This document shows, one piece after another, positions 1 to 9,494 of a stretch of DNA of 64,000 nt. How positions within the stretch are numbered: position 1 is the stretch's first letter; each line of letters begins with the position of its first letter. The position numbers were made by a program, and so were the translations under genes. The stretch is from an uncultured Gemmatimonadaceae bacterium (GTDB lineage Bacteria; Gemmatimonadota; Gemmatimonadetes; Gemmatimonadales; Gemmatimonadaceae). The notes beneath the pieces are model-generated. The model was not told the DNA's origin. It saw only the letters and a list, made by a program, of their open reading frames with translations, and did no database searches. Where the stretch lies: assembly GCA_963761305.1 (NCBI GenBank), contig CAVXGK010000002.1, positions 1,536,001 through 1,600,000 of the forward strand. The letters run 5' to 3'.

Positions 1-692
1 CGGCTGCGGGACTGCAAGGGGCGCTCGTGGACGCGCTCGTGGACTTTGGCGCGAAGCCGAACGGCGTGAAGGACGACGAGTCGCCCATCATGACCGCGCT
101 CGACTTCGGCTACTCCGAGCCGGCCGAGACGCTCGTCAGGCGCGGTGCGCGCGTCGACACCGTCGTCACCGCCGCGTCCCTCGGCCGAACCGACTTGTTG
201 CGTCGTTTCGTGACCGACAGGAACGCCGTCGCCCCCGGAGTTCCGCTCGTCGGACCCGCATGGCGGAAACTCCCCAACGAAGCGACGCCGCACATCGAGC
301 TCGCTTTGGCGTGGGCGTGCAAGTTTGGTCGCTCCGATGCCGCCGAATTCCTTCTCGACCTTGGCGTCAACCCCGTGTCGAAAGACGGATACGACATGAC
401 GGCGCTCCACTGGGCGGCAGCCAACGGCTTGGCCGACGTCGTTCACCGTCTCATTTCACTTGGCGCGCCGCTCGAGCTGAAGAACCGATGGCAAGGAACC
501 GTGCTCGACTCTACGATCCACTTCGCCATCCACATGCCGGTGAGGGGTGTCGACTATCCGGCGATGCTCGACGCACTGATCGCGGCGGGAGCGGACGTGA
601 ACGCAGTGTATCCGTCCGGCAATGAGCGAATCGACGCGCAGCTGCGACGTCACGGAGCTGGCAGTTCACGGAACTCGAACACACAAACGTGA
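1..692 (+). CDS. Ankyrin-repeat protein (5' end probably outside the window)
   Basis: Repeated ankyrin motifs (ESPIMTA..LVRRGA, MTALHWAAANG..LISLGA, LIAAGADVNA). The frame is open back to the window start. Confidence 0.85.
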   Translation, partial: AAGLQGALVDALVDFGAKPNGVKDDESPIMTALDFGYSEPAETLVRRGARVDTVVTAASLGRTDLLRRFVTDRNAVAPGVPLVGPAWRKLPNEATPHIELALAWACKFGRSDAAEFLLDLGVNPVSKDGYDMTALHWAAANGLADVVHRLISLGAPLELKNRWQGTVLDSTIHFAIHMPVRGVDYPAMLDALIAAGADVNAVYPSGNERIDAQLRRHGAGSSRNSNTQT

Positions 693-895
693 CCACCGAC
701 CCCGCGTTGCCGCCGCCTCACACGCCGAGCGTGCGGCCCGGAGGGACTCGGAAGTGGACTCTGAGATGTCGCGAGTTCTGGACGAGTGGCGCGCATGGGG
801 CGCGGTCCTTGCAGCCGACGACACCGCTCGTACCGAGCGTCGTTCGACGCGATGCGACGACGTGGCTACTCCACCGACCCCTCAGGAGACTCACA

Positions 896-1390
896 ATGGC
901 GACAGCGAAGCGAGCAGTACCGGAAGGACTGCACACCGTCACCCCCGCGCTCACACTCGACGACGCGACGAAAGCGATCGACTGGTACAAGCGCGCGTTC
1001 GGCGCCGAGGAGAAATCGCGGGCCGTCGGTCCTGACGGCAAGATTCTCCACGCCGAGATCAGCATCGGCAACTCCCACATCATGCTGCACGACGTGATGG
1101 CGGGCGGGAAGTCCGCGAAGGCACTCGGCGGGTCGCCGATCGGCCTTTGGGTTTACGTCGAAGACGCCGATGCGCTCTATGAGCGCGCGACGACCGCCGG
1201 CGCGAAGACCGCCGACGGACCGATGGGGGAGCTGCAGGATCAGTTCTGGGGCGATCGGTGCGGCTCGGTGATCGATCCCGAAGGCTACACGTGGACGATC
1301 GCCACGCGAAAGGAAGACCTGACGCCCGAAGAGATGAAGACGAGACAGGATGCGTGGATGGAGCAGTTTGCGGCGCAGTCAACGCACTAG
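896..1390 (+). CDS. VOC/glyoxalase family protein (PhnB-like)
   Basis: PEGLHTVTPAL, AIDWYKRAFGA, HAEISIG, DQFWGDR..DPEGYTW. AGGAG RBS before ATG 896. Confidence 0.9.
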   Translation: MATAKRAVPEGLHTVTPALTLDDATKAIDWYKRAFGAEEKSRAVGPDGKILHAEISIGNSHIMLHDVMAGGKSAKALGGSPIGLWVYVEDADALYERATTAGAKTADGPMGELQDQFWGDRCGSVIDPEGYTWTIATRKEDLTPEEMKTRQDAWMEQFAAQSTH

Positions 1391-1458
1391 AGGCGGGCGA
1401 ACGGCTGGACGTCACAGCCGACCGAGGGCGCGACGGTCTGTTGCCGCCGCGCCCTCAC

Positions 1459-2466
1459 TCACTGCTCGGCCTTGAGAATGCCGACGGCTCCCTTGGTCGC
1501 GTCGGCAAACGCGTGCGTCACGAACGGATATTCGCCGGGCTGCTTGAGCCGGATTTCGAAGATCGACGCGCCCCCGACTGGCACGCTCACCGTCTGTACG
1601 CCCACCAGCGGACTCGTCTGAGATCCGTCAACGTAGACGCGCTCGAAGATGCCGCCCACGACGTGGAACGAGGAGAGCCGGTTTGGACCCGCGTTCACGA
1701 CGTAGAGACGCAGCAGCTCGTTCACCTTCACGCTGATCGGATGCGTCGAGTACTGCGCCGCGCGCCCGTTGAATGTCACATAGTCCGGCGCAAGGCCGAG
1801 CAGCCGATCCCATGAAAGCATTTTCGGCTGCCGCGTCGTGTCCGGCATCATGTAGAACTCGCTCTGCACGAAGACCAATTCGTGCGCGGGCGGGCGCGGA
1901 GTGCGCGGATCGACGATGAGCGCCCCGTACATGCCGTTCGCGATGTGCGCCGCCACCGGTGCCGTGCCGCAGTGGTACATGAAGACTCCAGGCACTTCGA
2001 CCAGGAACCGATAGTGGATCGAGTCGTTGGGGTTGACGTTGGTGTAGTATTTGTTCGGCGCGATCTGCGCGGCGTGGAAGTCCATGCTGTGCGGAATCGC
2101 TGCGCGATTCACCAACGTGAAATCGACGCTGTCGCCCTGGGTCACGCGAATCGTCGGGCCCGGTACGCGCCCAGCGAAGCTCCATGCGTGGTAAGGCACG
2201 CCGTTCGAGACGTCGATCACCGTGTCGTGGATTTCCAACCGTACGCGAACGAGGTGTTGGCTCGCCCGCGGCGGCGGCGAGGGGTCCACCGGAGCCGAGT
2301 CCACCGCAGTGCCGACGCGGGCTTCGCCGTGCGAGATGTCCGCCGGGACCGCGGTCGGTGCGGACTGTTCGCCCGGCTTGGTGCGTTGGTTTGCCGGAGG
2401 CGCATTTGAATTGCACGCCACTGACAGAGCGATCGTTCCTGCCAGCCACGCACGTCGATCGAGCAT
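1459..2466 (-). CDS. nirK: Copper-containing nitrite reductase (two-domain multicopper oxidase), putative lipoprotein
   Basis: HSMDFH (T1 His, catalytic Asp, T2 His), YHCGTAPVAAHIANGM, SSFHVVG (catalytic His), YPFVTH. LSVAC lipobox-like signal. Confidence 0.8.
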   Translation of the reverse strand: MLDRRAWLAGTIALSVACNSNAPPANQRTKPGEQSAPTAVPADISHGEARVGTAVDSAPVDPSPPPRASQHLVRVRLEIHDTVIDVSNGVPYHAWSFAGRVPGPTIRVTQGDSVDFTLVNRAAIPHSMDFHAAQIAPNKYYTNVNPNDSIHYRFLVEVPGVFMYHCGTAPVAAHIANGMYGALIVDPRTPRPPAHELVFVQSEFYMMPDTTRQPKMLSWDRLLGLAPDYVTFNGRAAQYSTHPISVKVNELLRLYVVNAGPNRLSSFHVVGGIFERVYVDGSQTSPLVGVQTVSVPVGGASIFEIRLKQPGEYPFVTHAFADATKGAVGILKAEQ

Positions 2467-2512
2467 CGCGCCCCTCCATTCATTTGGCCGCCGGCGGCCG
2501 TTTCTGGCCTTT

Positions 2513-3604
2513 CTATTTCGGAAAGATCACCGGAAACACCACGTCGGTCGTGAAGATGCAGCGATCATTGTGACCGCACTCCGGAACGATGATCGCGTTG
2601 TGCTTCGCGCCGAGCTTTTCCGTCACGTACTTGAAGAACGCTTCGCCGCGCGCGCGGCGCGTCGGGCCTTGCGCCATCGCGTTGGGCGACGAATCGAACC
2701 CGCCGAGCGGAAGGACGTCGACCTGACCCAGCAAGTAGGTCGTCGGGCGCTCGACGAGCTGCTTGATCAACTGCTCGTTGGACGGCCCCGCGGCGTAGCC
2801 GGCTCGATTCTCGAGGCCGGAAGGCCATCGGTTGTAGTTGCGAGCCTTCGTCGTGTCGAACGCCCCGAACTCGAAGTTCGCGTTCAATTTCTCACCGTCG
2901 GGACCGAGCGCTTCCTTGTCTGCGGTCGCCGGGTTCGCGTCGCCACTCGGCAGCGGCCGCACCGCGGCGGGCCACGCGTAGCTCGACGGATTGGCGACGA
3001 CATACGTGATGCTGACGCCGGCCGTGCCGTGCACCTTGTTCGTCATCTCGTAGCGCGTCGCGAACTGGCCGCCCGCGGAATGCCCGGCGACGACGATCTG
3101 TCTGAGATTCGGGAAGATCTTCTTGTCCGCGAGCTTGCGGACGATCTCGTCGACGAAGTCGAACGACGTGATCGTGGAGTTCGTCGGCGACACACCGCCC
3201 GATCGCCAAGAATTCTGCCCTTCCGGCCACATCACCTCGTTGCCGGCCGGCTTGTCCGTGCCGGCGATGAAGTGCGGGGCGACGACGATCGTGTTGTCGA
3301 GCGCCCTGGCGAGAAACGCGGCCGCGGTGCTCGTCTCGAAATAGTGGTCGGCGTTGCGCCCCGCGCCGTGTACCATGACGAGCGCGCGCGTGATCGCCGG
3401 ATTTGGCGCGTCGAGCGGATACGACGCGTAGACCATGGAGCGCGCCGGCCCGCCGCCGTACATGATCCAGCGTTCGCAGGGCGCTGTCGCCGTGGTGCAT
3501 GGGGGCGCAGCCGGCGCAACGGGGACCGAATTTGACGCCGCGCGAGTACCGGAGGTGGTGGGGATGGCGGCGCCGAGCAGGGCGAGCACAATATTAAGAC
3601 GCAT
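2513..3604 (-). CDS. Secreted alpha/beta hydrolase
   Basis: Signal peptide, VHGAGRNA, nucleophile elbow GHSAGG, C-terminal CGH. Confidence 0.8.
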   Translation of the reverse strand: MRLNIVLALLGAAIPTTSGTRAASNSVPVAPAAPPCTTATAPCERWIMYGGGPARSMVYASYPLDAPNPAITRALVMVHGAGRNADHYFETSTAAAFLARALDNTIVVAPHFIAGTDKPAGNEVMWPEGQNSWRSGGVSPTNSTITSFDFVDEIVRKLADKKIFPNLRQIVVAGHSAGGQFATRYEMTNKVHGTAGVSITYVVANPSSYAWPAAVRPLPSGDANPATADKEALGPDGEKLNANFEFGAFDTTKARNYNRWPSGLENRAGYAAGPSNEQLIKQLVERPTTYLLGQVDVLPLGGFDSSPNAMAQGPTRRARGEAFFKYVTEKLGAKHNAIIVPECGHNDRCIFTTDVVFPVIFPK

Positions 3605-3742
3605 GGCAATGAGAGAAGTGAGGCCGCAGTTTGTCAGTGACCGTCGTTAATGATGGACCACGATCCCCGAGGGGGCGAGAGGTGGCCGACCGCACCGCCC
3701 CAGGCCGTTCGACCCATCGCGATCTCGCTCGAGCGATAGCCC

Positions 3743-4024
3743 ATGTTGGTGCTTGGCTTTCTCAGAGAGTGGCCGATCGTCGCGTTTCTGCCGGCGGCGC
3801 TCTACTTCGCCCTCGGGGTTCGCACGCGACGCGCGTTGGTGTGGAGTGCCGGTTTCATTTGGGCCGGCTACGGGATGTACGAGCTCCTCATGAGGACGCA
3901 CGTCCTCTGCCCCGACGAATGCGCTCGCGCCGACGTGTTGTTCATCGATCCATTTCTCATCGTTCTGTCGATCGTGGCGCTGTTGTCGGCGTCGCGCGGG
4001 CGAAAGGAAACCGACCTGGCATGA
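3743..4024 (+). CDS. Small hypothetical membrane protein
   Basis: Three hydrophobic segments and a CPDEC loop; directly upstream of the FkbM gene. Confidence 0.55.
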   Translation: MLVLGFLREWPIVAFLPAALYFALGVRTRRALVWSAGFIWAGYGMYELLMRTHVLCPDECARADVLFIDPFLIVLSIVALLSASRGRKETDLA

Positions 4025-4067
4025 CGCACAGCCAGCGAGATGGTAGCAGGCGTCGCCGCGGTCACCA

Positions 4068-4895
4068 ATGAGCGACGCCGCCGTCGAATTCACGTTCGAA
4101 GGACAGACCATTCGATTCGAGGCGGTCACTGCGGATGAGCACGTCATCCAGGCGATGCAGCGTCTGGAGACGTTCTACGAGCTCGACGTGCTCGACGCCA
4201 TTCGCGAATCGAGCGTGGGCCGTGAGCCGCGCGGAGCCGCCCTGGACATCGGCGCCTTCATCGGCACCCACAGCGTGTTCTTCGCCAAGTACTGCGGCTT
4301 CGCACCCGTCATCGCCTTCGAGCCCAATCCCGTCACGTTTCCCCTCCTCGCGCGCAACATCGCCGCGAACGATCTCACCGACGCCGTGCTTGCGGTCCCA
4401 CGGGCCCTCGGCGCGCGGCTCGGCCGTGCGACGGTGGTGGCGGGCAGCGAGACCAATCGTGGGAATGCGAGTATCGACTTCGAGGGCGGCGGATCGACGC
4501 CGGTGTCGACGGTGGACAGCGAGGTCGGCGGACGCCGCGAGCCCATCGGCCTCCTCAAGATCGATGTGGAAGGCGCCGAGCTGGCGGTGCTCGCCGGCGC
4601 CGCCGAGACGATACGGCGGCATCGTCCACTCCTGTGCGTCGAGCTTCACACCGCGGCGCGGTTGCGGCGCGCAATGCACCTCCTGCCCGGGTACTGGATC
4701 GTAGAGTGCCGCGGCTGGTCGCCCACGTATCTCATCGAGCCCGCCCGTACCTCCGCCGCGCGTCGGGCCATCGTGAACGCGACGTGGGCGCTTCGCGCGG
4801 CGCTGCCCGACCGGCTTGTGGCGCTTCGGTGGTACCTGCGCCGTTTGGCCCGGCTGCTCGCCGGCCTGCGCGAGCGTCGGCTCCCGAACCTGTGA
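4068..4895 (+). CDS. FkbM family methyltransferase
   Basis: LDIGAFIGTHS, AFEPNP, LLKIDVEGAE. Confidence 0.9.
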   Translation: MSDAAVEFTFEGQTIRFEAVTADEHVIQAMQRLETFYELDVLDAIRESSVGREPRGAALDIGAFIGTHSVFFAKYCGFAPVIAFEPNPVTFPLLARNIAANDLTDAVLAVPRALGARLGRATVVAGSETNRGNASIDFEGGGSTPVSTVDSEVGGRREPIGLLKIDVEGAELAVLAGAAETIRRHRPLLCVELHTAARLRRAMHLLPGYWIVECRGWSPTYLIEPARTSAARRAIVNATWALRAALPDRLVALRWYLRRLARLLAGLRERRLPNL

Positions 4896-4980
4896 CGTCG
4901 GTCGAACGTGACGCAGGAGCCCGGCCCTGGGCCTGACGCGCATCGTTTCGAGTTCGCGCGCAGCGACCCTCGTATTCGCG

Positions 4981-6237
4981 ATGCTCGGCGCCTGCTCTCG
5001 CGCCAACTCGCCTGCGTCGTCAGTTCAATCCGAGACGGACGCCTGTCCGTGGCGGTGGACGCCGGCGGAAACGCTGTTCGTTCGAGGCGCGTCGTTCGCC
5101 TTCGGCGGAGCCAATCGTTCGCCTCGCGCCATCCCGCTCGGCGGTGCGATGGCCCTCATGGGCGATCACATGAGTCTCTACGCCGACACCGAGACGACGT
5201 CGATGCGCATGGTCGGCGTGACGCTCGACGCGAGCAGACACGCCGAGCTGATTCTCAAACCCCCGTTCATGGGCGACGTATTCGGCTCGGATTCCTGGGT
5301 CGTTCCCGGCTCGGCGGGGACCGTCCACGTCGTGTGGACGACGCCCTCGGTGTCGCCCGTACACGTCGTGCACACGTCCACCGACGGTGCGCGATGGGCG
5401 TCGCCCGACACGCTTTTCTCGGTGTCGCCCGATTTCACCGAGTCGGATGTCGTCGCGGCCGCGGGCGACGACGTCGTTGTCGCCCTGCCCGCCACCATTG
5501 GACAGTTTTCAGGCTTGGTCGTTGGGACTCGCAGGCACGGGAAGTGGGCAGTCGATCGATTCGACGTGCCACACGAACCGCTCCACGACCTGCCGCTCGC
5601 TACCGGGATGGATCGTTCCGGCACGACGGTCGCGTACTTCCGGCTGTCGGCGCCCAGCGGCGGTCGAACGCCGAGCGATTCATTGGGGCTGTACGCTCGT
5701 CATCGTCCGTGGGGCGGGGCGTGGGGACCTGAGACACAGGTCTACGCGCACGAGGGCTTCTCGTCGATTGCGGTCGAGACACGCGACGGCGTCTTTCACC
5801 TGTTTTGGCACGGCATGAGCGGAGCCGACTCGTCGATCCTCCATCACGCCGAGACGCGCGATTTCAAATCGTGGCAGCTCGCCCAAGTGTCGCTCCCACC
5901 CGACATCCAGAGCATCGAGGGCGCGCCCGAAGGCAACGGCGCGCGCATCGTCATGCTGCAAGCGGACTCGCCGAATGGCTTGGAGATGAAGTATTCGCGT
6001 CTCGTGACGGTCGGCTGGGGACCGTCGGGATTCTCCGCGTTCGACAGCATCCCGGGCGCCCACCCCGGCGACTTCCCAAGCATTTCTCGCGTCGCGAACG
6101 ACACAAGCGTCGTCATCTGGGACGGAATGCGCGTCGCCGTTCAATCGACGCGACATCCCCGGAAGGGGCCGTCGCATTGGACGTCGTACGTCCCTGTGAC
6201 GATTCTCGCACGCCACGTTCGAGACTGCCCGCGCTGA
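4981..6237 (+). CDS. Hypothetical exported beta-rich protein (start uncertain)
   Basis: Long ORF with LGAC lipobox-like start, STDGARW Asp-box-like motif and repeated VHVVW/FHLFW strands. Confidence 0.55.
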   Translation: MLGACSRANSPASSVQSETDACPWRWTPAETLFVRGASFAFGGANRSPRAIPLGGAMALMGDHMSLYADTETTSMRMVGVTLDASRHAELILKPPFMGDVFGSDSWVVPGSAGTVHVVWTTPSVSPVHVVHTSTDGARWASPDTLFSVSPDFTESDVVAAAGDDVVVALPATIGQFSGLVVGTRRHGKWAVDRFDVPHEPLHDLPLATGMDRSGTTVAYFRLSAPSGGRTPSDSLGLYARHRPWGGAWGPETQVYAHEGFSSIAVETRDGVFHLFWHGMSGADSSILHHAETRDFKSWQLAQVSLPPDIQSIEGAPEGNGARIVMLQADSPNGLEMKYSRLVTVGWGPSGFSAFDSIPGAHPGDFPSISRVANDTSVVIWDGMRVAVQSTRHPRKGPSHWTSYVPVTILARHVRDCPR

Positions 6238-6378
6238 CCGCACGCCGGGCGCAACCGGAATCGCCTCATCGCGTCCGCTTATCGCCGCGGATGGCGTAAG
6301 CCTGAGTAGGAAGACGCGACAGCCCGAGGCGGGTCATGAGCGCGTCGTTCGAACAACCCTACAGGAAAGTGCGTCGCC

Positions 6379-6822
6379 ATGAACGAATACAGTTCAGTGC
6401 ACCCAGGCATTCGCTTTTCGCGGTTCGCATTTCGATTCGCCGGCCTTCTGGGCCTTCTCGAAATCGTGCCGCTCTACTTCTCCGAGGGCGCGCTGAATCG
6501 CAACCAGCCGCCCGCACTCACGCATCCAGAGTTCTACTATGGATTCATCGGTGTCGTGATCGCGTGGCAGATCGCCTTTCTGATCATCTCCAGCGACCCG
6601 CTCCGGTATCAGCCGCTCTTCCCGGCGGTGTTTCTGGAGAAGCTCCTCTACCCCGCCGCTCTGGCCATGCTGTGCGCCGACGGCCGCGTACAGGCGCCGG
6701 TGACGCTCGCCGGCGGCGCGATCGATCTCGGACTGCTGGCGCTCTTCATCGTCGCGTGGATGAAGCTCAGTAAGGTGCCCGCGGATCCGTGGGCGATCGC
6801 GTCCGCGTCGCGGTGGTGGTAG
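6379..6822 (+). CDS. Hypothetical membrane protein
   Basis: About four TM segments; THPEFYYGF and DPLRY..LEKL motifs. Confidence 0.7.
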   Translation: MNEYSSVHPGIRFSRFAFRFAGLLGLLEIVPLYFSEGALNRNQPPALTHPEFYYGFIGVVIAWQIAFLIISSDPLRYQPLFPAVFLEKLLYPAALAMLCADGRVQAPVTLAGGAIDLGLLALFIVAWMKLSKVPADPWAIASASRWW

Positions 6823-6831
6823 TTAGGGTCG

Positions 6832-8988
6832 CTACGTCGCTGCGCGGAGGATTGGCTCTTCGCGCACCGCGTAGATCGCCGCGGCGGCGTAGAGCAACGC
6901 GGCCACGATGTACATCGCCTTGATCCCGAGTGCCATGGCGCTGTACTCCAGCACGCCGCCGAGAATGGCGCCGATCAGGTTGTAGGCGAGCGCGCGAGCG
7001 GCGTCGCCGCGCCGCGCCAACAGCGTCGAGAAGATCAGCGACGCAAAGAGAATCGGCAGCGCGACCATCAGCGCGCCCGCACCCCATTGCGCCGCCGTGC
7101 CGAGCGGCAGGAGCGCGCTGGCCGGAATGACGTACGCGATGGCCAACGTCGCGAAGAGCGCGACGAACAGCGGCGCGGTTCGCTTCGGCTGGCGCCGCTG
7201 GATGAACAGGTTTGCGATCAGCACCATGACCATGATCGCCGCGAACACCATGAGGTTCACCGTCCACGTCGACCCGAAGAGCAACGACATCTCCGTGACG
7301 CTCTTCGTCTCCACGAGCAGGAACCCGGCGCCCATGAAGAACATCGCCGCGTCCCAGCGGCCGCTGAGCGACCGACGCGCGCCGATGCCCATGAAGAGCG
7401 CCGCTATGACCAGCAGCACGGCGAGCGCCGCGATGTAGTGCGCCGGAATCGTGCGGCCCGTCAGATAGAGGTACGGCCAATCGTCGTGCGGGCGCTCCGT
7501 GCGCTGCGTCAGGTCGGCGAACGCCGCGGGACTGAGCGCCGGTACGTCGCGTGCACCGTGCCCCGCGACGAACGTGAGGTTGAACAACCCCTCGTGCTCG
7601 GCGAACGTGCCGGGCGGCTCGCCGAAGGCCTCGCCGATCATCTGGTAGAGCTTCGCGCCGATCGCCGCATTCGCCGACATGTGATACGCGATGAGCGTTC
7701 CATCGGGCTTGAGCCGCGCGCGCGCCGACGCAAACGACTCGACGGTGTACACATAGTTGTCGAGCCGTACGGAGCTCATGCCCGACAGCAGCGTCTGGCT
7801 GTCGAGCGTGCCGAAGATGATGACGTTGTAATGCTGCTGCGTCGTGCGCAGGAAGGCCCGCGCGTCGTTGATGTGCCGATGCACGCGGGGATTCGAGTAC
7901 GGCTGCTTCGGATGACCGGCGGCGCCGATGTCGGCGATCACCGGATCGATCTCCACCGCGTCGATGTACTTGGCACCGTTCTTCAGCAGCACGGCGACAT
8001 CGTTGCCCGTGCCGGCGCCGACGACGAGCGCCGTGTCGAGTCGGGCGGCGTAGTGATATGGACGCTCGTACGCCGGAAGGACTCTATGGATGTACGAATT
8101 CGGTATCGCCGCGTGGGCCGAGTCGAGCGGCAACATGATCTGGTGCAGCGAACCGTTCACCAACAGCGTGAAGCCACCGTCTTCGCGTCGCAGCAAGTTG
8201 ATGCGATAGTACGGTGACCAGAACTCGGGTTTCATACGGTTCGTCCACGACGCCAGCGCTAGCACCGCCGCACCGGCGGCGCCCACCGCGAGCACGAATC
8301 GCCGGTCGCGGATCGACGACAACACGAGCGCGGTGAATCCGATGGCCAACCAGACGATGGGAGGCTGGCGAAGCGCGCTCAGCGCGCCGAACGCGAGAAT
8401 ACCGGCGAGGCTCCCGGCGATGTCCGCCGCGTACGCCCGCAGGGGCGCCAACTTGCGGAACTGCTCACCGACGAGCGCCCCGAGGGGTACGAAAAACAGC
8501 GCGAGGAGCGCGAACAGCACCGCGACGACCACGATCAACGGAATCGAATGCGTGCCGGCGCTGCCGAAGATCCCCCAGATGAACTCGCTCTTGTCGTTGG
8601 GCACCGCGATGCGCGCCACGCTGAACGCGGCCACCGCGCCGAGCAGCACGACCGCGACCGGCGGCAGCAGCCACTTCAATCGAGGCGCCGAAGCCGCGCG
8701 TAACAACCCGACTCCCATGCCGAGGAACGTGGCGATGAGCACGAAATTCTGATAGAACCCGAATACACGAACGTAGCCGGACGTGTAACGGATCCACGCC
8801 AGCTCGAAGAATAGAATGAGGCCGGTGTACGTCGCGAGCCGGAACGCGGCGCCCGAGGCATCGGCCGGCGTTGCGACAAAGGTCGGCGTGAACGCCCGGT
8901 TCATCGGCGTGCGCCACTTTTCGCGGACGGGGGCTCGCGCCGGAGCTGGTGTCGGGGTCGGGGTCGGGGTCGGGAGGCGCTCTGGCAT
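6832..8988 (-). CDS. Membrane-fused spermidine synthase-like SAM-dependent transferase
   Basis: TM blocks flanking WSPYYRI, VGAGTGNDV, VEIDP and NDAR; FFMGAGFLLVETKS. Confidence 0.8.
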   Translation of the reverse strand: MPERLPTPTPTPTPAPARAPVREKWRTPMNRAFTPTFVATPADASGAAFRLATYTGLILFFELAWIRYTSGYVRVFGFYQNFVLIATFLGMGVGLLRAASAPRLKWLLPPVAVVLLGAVAAFSVARIAVPNDKSEFIWGIFGSAGTHSIPLIVVVAVLFALLALFFVPLGALVGEQFRKLAPLRAYAADIAGSLAGILAFGALSALRQPPIVWLAIGFTALVLSSIRDRRFVLAVGAAGAAVLALASWTNRMKPEFWSPYYRINLLRREDGGFTLLVNGSLHQIMLPLDSAHAAIPNSYIHRVLPAYERPYHYAARLDTALVVGAGTGNDVAVLLKNGAKYIDAVEIDPVIADIGAAGHPKQPYSNPRVHRHINDARAFLRTTQQHYNVIIFGTLDSQTLLSGMSSVRLDNYVYTVESFASARARLKPDGTLIAYHMSANAAIGAKLYQMIGEAFGEPPGTFAEHEGLFNLTFVAGHGARDVPALSPAAFADLTQRTERPHDDWPYLYLTGRTIPAHYIAALAVLLVIAALFMGIGARRSLSGRWDAAMFFMGAGFLLVETKSVTEMSLLFGSTWTVNLMVFAAIMVMVLIANLFIQRRQPKRTAPLFVALFATLAIAYVIPASALLPLGTAAQWGAGALMVALPILFASLIFSTLLARRGDAARALAYNLIGAILGGVLEYSAMALGIKAMYIVAALLYAAAAIYAVREEPILRAAT

Positions 8989-9149
8989 ACTCGGAGGACG
9001 ACGGCTGTCGCGGGGAGTCACCGACCGCCGTCGCGGTCGTCCTATGCCGCTCGCGGCAGCGAGACCGCGGGTCCGCGCCGCGAAGCGCCACACCCATTGC
9101 GATACTATGCCTAGCGCGTTACAGTCACATCGTCCAACGCGGAGCGCCC

Positions 9150-9494
9150 GTGACACGCGACAAGACCGAGCTGCTGCAAGGCACGCTCGGCATGCTGATC
9201 CTCAAGGCGCTCGTCGGCCAGGATCTTCACGGCTACAGCATCGCGCGCTGGATCGAGGACGTCACCAAACAATCGTTGGCGATTCCCGAAGGCTCGCTCT
9301 ACCCGGCGCTCCGCAGGCTCGAAGATCGCGGCCTGGTCGGCTCGAAGTGGAAACTCTCCGACACGGGGCGCCGCGTGCGGGTGTACTCGCTCACGCGTAC
9401 CGGCCGGGCGCACCTCGACGCCGAGGCGTCGACGTGGATGGATCTGTCGCGCGCCATCTCGCTCGTGCTTCGCGCGGAGCCGTCCGTTGTCTGA
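9150..9494 (+). CDS. PadR family transcriptional regulator
   Basis: LLQGTLGMLILKAL, HGYSIA, EGSLYPALRRLE. GTG start after GGAG. Confidence 0.92.
   Translation: MTRDKTELLQGTLGMLILKALVGQDLHGYSIARWIEDVTKQSLAIPEGSLYPALRRLEDRGLVGSKWKLSDTGRRVRVYSLTRTGRAHLDAEASTWMDLSRAISLVLRAEPSVV

Noticed and set aside
8950..8973. (GTCGGG)x4 repeat as a contingency locus
   Set aside because: It is a short in-frame hexamer encoding a PTPTPT linker, with no frame-switching effect.
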